Shown here: positions 50,660 through 59,270 of the stretch, piece by piece
Layout: every line of letters starts with the position of its first letter
Numbering within the stretch: position 1 is the first letter of the stretch
Source: Malacoraja senta
Taxonomy: Eukaryota
Assembly: GCA_038087875.1 (NCBI GenBank)
Contig: JAXLNO010000575.1
Location: 62,001-126,000, forward strand
Direction of reading: 5' to 3'
DNA: 64,000 nucleotides
Notes under the pieces: generated by a model
The model's database searches: none
Told to the model about the DNA's origin: nothing
What the model saw: the letters and a program-made list of their open reading frames with translations, nothing else
Position numbers and translations under genes: made by a program

Positions 50660-50810
50660 AATGCTGGAGTAACTCAGCGGGTCAGTCAGCATCTGTGGAG
50701 AACATGGATAGGTGACGTTTCACAGAGTGCTGGAGTAATTCAGCGGGTCAGGCAGCATCTGTGGAGAACATAGATAGGTGACGTTTCACAGAGTGCTGGA
50801 GTAACTCAGT
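50660..50810 (-). repeat. ~66-bp tandem units of the Penelope-derived short repeat
   Basis: gctggagtaactcagcgggtcaggcagcatctgtggagaacatggataggtgacgtttcacagagt x2.3. Confidence 0.75.
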
Positions 50811-52057
50811 CCAATAGGTAGAGCAAAGGGGAAGATACAGAGTGCAGAATATAGTTCTCAGCATTGTAGCGCATCAGTTCCAGACACAAAATCCAATGTC
50901 CACAATGGGGTGGAGGTGAAACGGACAGTACCCTAGCTTATGGAAGGACCGTTCAGAAGCCTGATAACAGAGGGGAAGAAGCTGTTCCTGAGTCTGGTGG
51001 AGCGCGCTTTCAAGCTTCTGGAACTTCTGCCGGACGGGAGCGGGAGAAGAAGGAATGACCAGGTTGGGACAGGGACACATCTTTGATGATGTCGGCTGCT
51101 TTCCCGAGGCAGCGTGAAGTGTTGAGTCAACATCTCTTTAGGTTTCGGGTTATTATGAGTCCAGTGTCTGCAATGGGGTGGAGGTGAATCGGACTGTACC
51201 CTCGTTCACCCATTGTGGACATTGGACTTTGGCTCGATTGATACAGTGGTTCTTGGACACTTTCATTTACAGGCATATTCCCAGGACCCAAGAACCTGAA
51301 CTGTTTCCGAGAGAGGTTAAACAGGCTAGGACTTTATTCCTTGGAGCACAGGAGGATGAGGGGTGATCTTATAGAATTGAGTATGATGAGGGGGATAGAG
51401 AGAGGTGAATGAGAGAGTCTTTTGGCCAGAGTAGGGGAATCTATAACCAGAGGACATAAGGTTAAGGTGTGGGAAAGATTTAATAGGAACCAGAGGGGCA
51501 ACCTTTTTACACAAAGGGTGGTGGGTGTATGGAACGAGCTGCTAGAAAAGGTAGATGAGGGGGGCTATCACAACATTTAAGAGATATTTAGACAGGTACA
51601 TAGATAGAACAGATTTGGAGGGACCTGGTCCAAACACGGGCCTAGTGTAGATTGGGTATAGGTCGGTGTGGACAAGTTGGGCCGAACAGCCTGTTTCCAC
51701 GCTGTATCATTCTGGGTGCCACATTCAGATTAGACACATCCCAATATGGTGCTTCTGCGGAGCTCAGAAGAAGTCACTGGAGACTTGCCAGAAATTCTAG
51801 TTTCGGAAGGAACTGCAGATATTAATGGGAGTTTTTAAGGCAGAGATAGACAGATTCTTGATTAGTGCGGGTGTCAGGGGTTATGGGGAGAAGGCAGGAG
51901 AATGGGGTTAGGAGAGAGAGATAGATCAGCCATGACTGAATGGCAGGGTAGACTGGATGGGCTGAAAGGTCTAATTTCTGCACCAAGGACTTATGATGCC
52001 TCGCCAATCCATGTGCTCCAGAGATGCTGAGTTGCTCCAGCAATTTGAGTCATTTGT

Positions 52058-52226
52058 TGGGAAGGGGTGGGTGGGTGGGGGTAGGGAAGGGGTTGGGGGA
52101 GGGGGTTGGGTGGGGTGGGGTTGGGGGGGGTGGGGTGGGAGGGGCAGGGTTGGGGAGGGGTTGGGTTAGGAGGTGGGGTGGGGTGGGTGGGGGGTTGGGT
52201 TAGGGGGAGGGGGTAGGGTGGGGGGT
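52058..52226 (+). repeat. G-rich low-complexity tract (G-quadruplex-prone)
   Basis: More than 20 runs of GGG or longer separated by 1-3 nt. Confidence 0.85.
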
Positions 52227-53270
52227 GTCTAAATGGTTGTGGATGTCTGTCCAGAGACTGAGGTTGAGTGTGATTGCTTGAATTGGTTTTCTTCGCTTTC
52301 TCTTTATGAGGCCTTTATGAGCCATGAGTTTGACCAGGTTCCTCCTGAACTTCACGCCAATGAAGGCGTAGAGGATTGGGTTGAGATAGCTGTGATGAAA
52401 GGCCAAGCACTTCGTGGCCAGCACGGCCCTGTCCAAGTGGTCACGCTCGATGCAGGAGACTTCGATGTGTTCGACTCTCACCAGCATGTCCACAACCATG
52501 GTTAGATGGTAGGGCAGCCAGCAGGCCAGGAAGGCCAGCACCACCGCGATGATGACCTTCATGGCTTTCTGCTTCTGGAAGCCCTTGGTCTGGCACAGTT
52601 TCCACATGGTGACGATGTAGCAGAAGACCATGGTGGCCAGCGGCATGAGGAAGCCGATGACCAGGCGACTAACATTGATGCCCAGTTTCCACGATTCATC
52701 AAAATCGCCATCGTGTTCCTCGTTACAGACGGACCGATTAAATACATCAACGTAGAACACTTTATTGTAGAGGAAGGGTAAGGAGAGGAGCAGGGCCACG
52801 AGCCAGACGGCGGCACACACCAGTTTGACCATCCACGGCCTCCTGTGGCCGTGCGACTGGGCAGAGCGGACAATGCCCAGGTACCTGTCCACGCTGATGC
52901 AGGCCAGCAGCAGGATGCCACTGTAAAAGTTTACCTGCTGCAACATACTGATCACCTTACACATGGCGTCACCAAACACCCAGCTAGACACGGCGTCCAC
53001 TGCCCAGAAGGGCAGGGTGAGGGCAAAGAGCAGGTCGGCCGTGGCCAGATGGAGCAGGTAGACGTCCGTGGACGAGATGGAGCGGTGGTTGTGAAGGATG
53101 ACCACCAACACCAACAGGTTCCCCGTCACGGCCAAGAGACCCACCAGGCTACACACCACCGCCGTGATGGTCTTCATGGACACAAACTCTCTTCTGTCAC
53201 ATGAAAATGTGGCCGGATCGACAATGAAGGGAAAGTCTTCAGTTCCATTTGTGGACCACGGGAAAGACAT
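52200..53270 (-). CDS. CXCR1/2: C-X-C chemokine receptor type 1/2-like (IL-8 receptor family GPCR); C-terminal tail frameshifted
   Basis: 7TM protein with GNLLVLVVI, TDVYLLHLATADLLFALTLPFWA, W.FG..MCK, NFYSGILLLACISVDRYL.IV, QKQKAMKVIIAVVL.FL.CWLPY and LNPILYAFIG.KFR. Likely acceptor (ttccag) just 5' of 53274 and ATG at 53270. Paralog identity cannot be resolved by eye. Confidence 0.9.
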   Translation of the reverse strand: MSFPWSTNGTEDFPFIVDPATFSCDRREFVSMKTITAVVCSLVGLLAVTGNLLVLVVILHNHRSISSTDVYLLHLATADLLFALTLPFWAVDAVSSWVFGDAMCKVISMLQQVNFYSGILLLACISVDRYLGIVRSAQSHGHRRPWMVKLVCAAVWLVALLLSLPFLYNKVFYVDVFNRSVCNEEHDGDFDESWKLGINVSRLVIGFLMPLATMVFCYIVTMWKLCQTKGFQKQKAMKVIIAVVLAFLACWLPYHLTMVVDMLVRVEHIEVSCIERDHLDRAVLATKCLAFHHSYLNPILYAFIGVKFRRNLVKLMAHKGLIKRKRRKPIQAITLNLSLWTDIHNHLDTPHPTPSP

Positions 53271-53344
53271 TTTTCTGGAACGAAAAATAGATTTGCAAAT
53301 GAGATATTTAAGAAAGTTTAACAAAGTTTAAGAATGTTTAACAA

Positions 53345-54450
53345 ACCACTGACTCCCATGGCTATCTGGACCACACTTCTTCCCACCCTGCTTCCTGTAA
53401 GGACTCTATCCCCTACACCCAATTCCTCCGTCTATGCCGCATCTGCTCCCAGGTGAGGTGTTCTACAGCAGGGCAATGGAGATGTCTTCATTCTTCAGGG
53501 AACGGGGGTTCCCCTCTTCTACTATAGATGAGGCTCTCACCAGGGTCTCCTCTATATCCCGTAGCTCTGCTCTCACGCCCCATCCCCCCACTCGTAACAA
53601 GGGCAGAGTCCTCCTTGTCCTCGCCTTCCACCCTACCAGATGTCACATACAACAGATAATCCAGTGCGTACAGAATGTGTAGTAAGGAACTGCAGGAATG
53701 TGTAGTAAGATGCTGGCTCCAACGGGATCCCACCACAAGCCACATCTTCCCATCTCCTCCCCTTTCGGCTTTCTGCAGAGACCGCTCCTTCCGTAACTCC
53801 CTGGTTAATTCGTCCCTTCCCACCCAAACCACCCCCTCCCCTGGCACTTTCCCTTGCAACCGAAGGAAATGCTACACTTGTCGCTTTACCTCCCCCCTTG
53901 ACTCCATCCAAGGACCCAAGCAGTCTTTCCAGGTGAGGCAGAGGTTCACCTGCACCTCCTCCAACCTCATCTATTGCATCTGCTGTTCCAAGTGTCAACT
54001 CCTCTACATCGGTGAGACCAAGCGCAGGCTTGGTGATGGCTTCGCCCAACACCTCCTCTCGGTTCTCAATAACCAACCTGATCTCCCAGTGGCTCAGCAC
54101 TTCAACTCCCCCTCCCATTACGAATCCGACCTTTATGTCCTGGGCCTCCTTCATGGCCAGAGTGAGTCCCACTTCAAATTGGAGGAGCAGCACCTCATAT
54201 TTTGCTTGGGTAGTTTACACCCCAGCGATATGAACATTGACTTCTCCAATTTCAGGTAGTCCCTGCTTTCTCCCTCTTTCCCCTCCCCTTCCCAGCTCTC
54301 CCACAGCCCGCTCTCCACCTCTTTCTTTCTTCTTCCCATCCCCCCCTACCCCCACATCAGTCTGAAGAAGGGTCTCGACCCGAGACGTCGCCTATTTCCT
54401 TCGCTCCATAGATGCTGCCTCACCCGCTGAGTTTCTCCAGCATTTTTGTC
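53345..54450 (+). mobile_element. Penelope-like element 3' fragment (RT thumb, GIY-YIG endonuclease and pLTR-like tail)
   Basis: YLDHTSSHP..CKDSIPYTQFLRLCRICS; FPCNRRKCYTC..RFTCTSSNLIYCICCSKCQLLYIGETKRRL...HL..PVAQHFN; hammerhead-like core at 54362-54389. Confidence 0.9.
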
Positions 54451-54899
54451 ATGAGATGTTGAGATTATTTTAGAGATACAGATTGACACAGGTGGGTGGT
54501 GGGTGTATGGAACAAGCTGCCAGAGGAGGTAGTTGAGGCAGGGACTATCCCAATGTTTAAGAAACTGATAGACAGGTGCAAGGATAATAGACACAAAACT
54601 GGAGTAACTCAGTGGGACAGGCAGCATCTCTGGAGAGAAGGAATGGGTGACATTTCAGTCGAGACCCTTCTTCAGACTGATCACAAAGGTCCCGACATGA
54701 AACGTCACCCATTCCTTCGCTCCAGAGATGCTGCCTGTCCCGCTGAGTTACTCCAGCTTTTTGTGTCTATCTTCGGTTTAAACCAGCATCTGCAGTTCCT
54801 TCCTACATGTGGATAATAGGACAGGATTGGAGGGTTGTGGACAGGTGGGACTGGTGTAGATGGGACATGTTGGCCGGTGTGGGCAAAGTGGGCTGAAGG

Positions 54900-56260
54900 T
54901 AGGGTTGCCAACTGTCCCATATTAGCCGGGACATCCCGTATATTGGGGCTCAATTGGTTTGTCCCATACGGGACCGACCTTGTCCGGTATTTGACTGCTA
55001 CTACTCGGGTCGAGGGGGCTGTCGGGTCGGAACGCCGCGTCCGGCCCCACCTCACCTGTCCCGACATAGTGCCGCCCATGGAGTGCAGCAGCAGCGCCTC
55101 GCCCGTGGCCCCGTCGGTCGGTCGACAGCCCAGCCAGCTGTCCGACATTCGGACCTTCGCTTACCGCCGACACCACCACCACCCCTCCTTCTTTTTTTTT
55201 TTTGTGATATAAATTTTTATTAGAAGCAAACATATTACAATGTAGAGTAACATATTATAATAGAAGACAAAACTTTTCATATACATCAATCATTCATACA
55301 TTATTAAATTTGTCAATTGTCAGTTAATTCTGCTTCTAGTGGTTTTTTTTATATAGATAGAGAAAGAAAAATAGAGAGAAAGAAGAAAGAAGAGAGAGAA
55401 AGAAGAATTACAATATAAAAAAAGAAAAAGAGGTGGAATGAATAACTTATAATACGTCATAGGAGATAAGTTCGTAGGTTATGAAATATAATTTCATCTA
55501 ATCCTGAGTTCAAGCTTCAGTCGGGCTTTCACGCTGGGCCACTCTATCCCTTCAAATAGTCAATGAATGGAGCCCATATTTTAACAAAAAGTTCTTGCTT
55601 GTCCATTAAGACAAGTCTAATTCTTTCTAGATGTAGGGTCTCCGACATTTCCACAATCCACATTTTAATTGTAGGGGTTGTAGGGCCTTTCCAGAATTTT
55701 AATATTAATTTTTTCCCTGTTATTATACTGTAGTCAAGGAAGTTTCTTTGGCTTGTTGTGAGTGTTAAACTTTGTTCTGATATCCCAAGTATTATTAATT
55801 TTGAGTCTGGAGCCAATTTGGTATTAACAACTTCAGAGATTATTTGAAAAATATCAGTCCAGTAATTTTTAATTTTTATACAATTTGCAAAGGTATGTGT
55901 TAAATTGGCCTCTAGGTGCAGGCATTTATCACATATAGGAGAAATATGTGGGAAAATTCTATTTAGTTTTATTTTGGAGTAATGTAATCTGTGTAAGACT
56001 TTAAATTGTATTAAAGCATGTCTGGCATTTAACGAACATTGACGAACATTGATGTATATGATGTATATGTTGGATGGGGTACCGGATTCGCGCGGCCCGG
56101 GCCAAAACTCCTCAGCTGGGCTTTTTGTGTAGTCCAGCACCCGGGCCTACTCATCATTCACCAAGCCATGGCCGAGTCGGTCAACAAATTGCCGTCTGGA
56201 ATTTGTCCCGTATTTTGACCTTTTGTCCCTTATTTGGGAGTAAGAAAGTTGGCCACCCAA
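54900..56260. mobile_element. hAT-type MITE (TAGGGTTGCCAAC TIR) with 8-bp TSD, containing an L1 3' fragment
   Basis: TIRs tagggttgccaac / gttggccacccaa; TSD gctgaagg (54892-99) / gccgaagg (56261-68). Confidence 0.75.
55192..56070 (-). mobile_element. L1 3' fragment, same subfamily as copy F
   Basis: Near-identical to 37728-38565; polyA (T-run) at 55192-55203; ORF 55544..56140. Confidence 0.9.
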
Positions 56261-57805
56261 GCCGAAGGGCCTGCTTCACGCTGTATCACTCTGTGACTCT
56301 ATGATACAGTGTTGGGAGACTTGCCAAACGTTCTTAGGCTACTAAGGAAGTAGACGCATTGGTGTGCTATACTTTAGACTTTAGAGATACAGCATGGGTA
56401 CGGCCCTTCGGCCCACTGAATCTGCACCGACCGGCGATCCCTGCACATTAACACTACCTTGCACACACTAGGGACAATTTACATTTACACCAAGCCAATT
56501 AATGTACAAAACCTGCACGTCTTTGGAGTGTGGGAGGAGACCGAAGATCTCGGAGAAAACCCACGCAGGTCATGCGGAGAACGTACAAACTCCGTACAGA
56601 CAGCACCCGTGGTGAAGATCTAACCGGGGTCTTGGCGCTGTAAAGCAGTAACTCTACCTACTGCGCCACCGTGCTGCCCACGAGCCGGGCAGTGGACGCT
56701 GTGTCTGGCTGGGTGTTTGGTGATGCCATGTGTAGGAAGGAACTGCAGATGCTGGTTTTCACCAAAGATAGACACAAAATGCTGGAGTAATGGACAGGAC
56801 TGGTTTGGAGAGATATGGACCAAACGCAGGCAGGTGGGGCTAGTGTAGCTGGGCAATGTTGGCTGGTGTGGGCACGTTGGGCCGAAGGGCCTGTTTCCAC
56901 ACTGTATCACTCTGTGACTCTATGACTCAGCATCACTCCCCCACCCTAGTTCTCCCACTAGTTCCGCTGTCCTCCTGATTAAATATTACTGATTGTAAGC
57001 CTCGTTGTCAACTTCCCCTTCTACATCTCCTTGATCACAGTCCCCTTTGATCTGTATTTTCACACCTTACCCTTCCATATCTCTATCCCTCTCCCCTGAC
57101 TCTCAGTCTGAAGAAGGGTCTCAACCTGAAACATCACCCATTCCTTCTCTCCAGAGATGTTGCCTGTCCCGCTGAGATACTCCACCATTTTGTGTCAATC
57201 TTCAGCAAATGAAATGTGAGTTATTTGGGACTTTAAACCATTATATCATTAGGCTTTAAACTATACATTTTAGAGATACAGCACGGAAACAGGCCGTTCA
57301 GCCCGTCCCAACGGGTGATCACCCCATAAACTAGCACTATCCTACACACTAGGGACAATTTTACAACTGACCAGAACCATGATCAGTCTGAAGAAGGGTC
57401 TCGACCCTAAACGTCACCTATTCCTTCGCTCCATAGATGCTGCCTCACCCGCTGAGTTTCACCAGCATTTTTGTCTACCTTCAATTCTTCCAGCATCTGC
57501 AGTTGTTTCTTAAACAGAGCCATTAATTTCATAAGTTCATAAGTTCTAGCAGGATTAGGCCATTCGGCCCATCAAGTCTACTCCGCCATTCAATCGTGGC
57601 TGATCTATCTTTCCCTCCTCACCCCATTCTCCTGCCTTCTCCCCAAAACCCCTGACACCCGTACTAATCAAGAATCTATCAAACTCCAAATTTTAAAAAT
57701 ATCCATTGACTTTGCCTCCACAGCAGACCTACTTGAGTCTCTTACCCAAAGTAGGTGAATCGAGGACCAGAGGACATAGGTTTAAGGTGATGTGGAGATA
57801 TGGAC

Positions 57806-58229
57806 GATGGGCAGGTGCTATAGACTTGCACGGGAAGGTAGACGTTCCCGCCCCCACGACTCTCGGGCAGATGGGGCTCGTCAGCCTGGGAAGGCAGTCC
57901 ATCTAGGAGAGGGATAACTCTGATTTAAAACCTCCACTGCCTTGTGGCCATATCCAGTCATGGAAAAGGCTCCAGGTGTAAACCTCAAGAAAATCCAGAG
58001 TCGGAGCCCCTAAGGCAGTTTGTCGTTGTCTACAACCTCGTTCTGGCAGCTCCTGCGACGGTGCCGGTGCCAAACTGTAACGGCCCTGCTGTTCCTTTGG
58101 ATCGATCAGCGACGTGGAGAGGGGGGACGTGCTGCATGGGCAACAGCCTGTCCTCCATATGACATCGCCCAGGCTTGCATCCAATCAGGATGCATCACCC
58201 ATGGTCAGTCATGACCGAGAGGGGCCTAC
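57806..58229 (+). mobile_element. Short non-LTR insertion (RTE-related SINE-like) with 12-bp TSD
   Basis: ggagatatggac at 57794-57805 and 58230-58241. The RTE assignment is a resemblance only. Confidence 0.55.
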
Positions 58230-58499
58230 GGAGATATGGACCAAACGCAGGCAGGTGGGGCTAGTGTAGCTGGACAATGTTGGCCGGTGTGGGCAAGTTG
58301 GGCCGAAGGGTCTGTTTCCATGATGTATCACTCTATGACTCTATGACTCTGACTAAAGAAGTTCGTCCTCATCTCCATTTTGCTACGGCCTCTGGTTCCA
58401 GACTCCCCCACTGGCGGAACCTGTTGCTATGACTTATGAACATGCAAGCAATGCGCATCAGATCGGTACAAACTACCCTGCAGAATTAATCTGTGACCA

Positions 58500-59030
58500 C
58501 CTCTTTTGCAACGTGACGAATACTCTATTGAACTTCTACACGTGTACAGTAGGAAGCAGACTGACGGGTTGCATCACGGCCTGGTTCAGCAACTCAAACG
58601 CCCAGGAATGAAGGAGACTACAGTGAGTGGTGGACACTGCCCGGTCCATCACAGTACTGACCTCCACACCATCGAATGTCCATCACAGTACTGATCCCAC
58701 CATCGAATGTCCATCACAGTACTGATCCCACCATCGAATGTCCATCACAGTACTGATCCCACCATCGAATGTCCATCACAGTACTGACCTCCCCACCATC
58801 GAAGGTCCATCACAGTACTGACCTCCCCACCATTGAAGGGATCTACAGGAGTCGCTGCCTCAAAATGGCAGCCAGCATCATCAGAGACCCGCACCACCAT
58901 GGCCACGTTCTCATCTCGCTGCTACCATCGGGAAGAAGGTACAGGAGCCTGAAAACTGTGACCTCCAGGTTCAAGAACAGCTTCTTCCCAACAACCATCA
59001 GGCTGTTGAACACTGCACATCACTAACCTC
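58500..59030 (+). mobile_element. Rex1-type LINE 3' fragment with internal ~31-bp tandem expansion (58643-58835)
   Basis: LTGCITAWFSN..; IYRSRCLKMAASIIRDPHHHGH..LLPSGRRYRS..RFKNSFFP; unit gtccatcacagtactgatcccaccatcgaat. Confidence 0.8.
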
Positions 59031-59106
59031 AGCGACTGTGATCTTTATGGACCTTGTCTTAGGCTGCACTACGCACTTTGGTTTTACACTATAATGTTTA
59101 TCTAGT

Positions 59107-59162
59107 ATTTTACTTCGGAGTCACGTGAGTGACTACGTGAAGACGTGATATATGCGCGACAT
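59107..59162 (+). mobile_element. DIRS left-terminus stub
   Basis: ATTttacttcggagtcacgtgagtgactacgtgaaga matches 7201-7237. Confidence 0.75.
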
Positions 59163-59270
59163 ATATCACCAAAGATACTAGAGGAACAAGATGCGCCACT
59201 CTGCTAAAAAAGGGTAGTATGCCATGGGTGATTGTTGACGCCATTTTACCGGGGTGCCTCGACTACAGTC

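Noticed and set aside
53275..53324. N-terminal extension MLNFLKYLICKSIFRSRK of the CXCR ORF
   Set aside because: Looks like intron sequence ending in a ttccag acceptor; the real start is ATG 53270 or an upstream exon I could not locate
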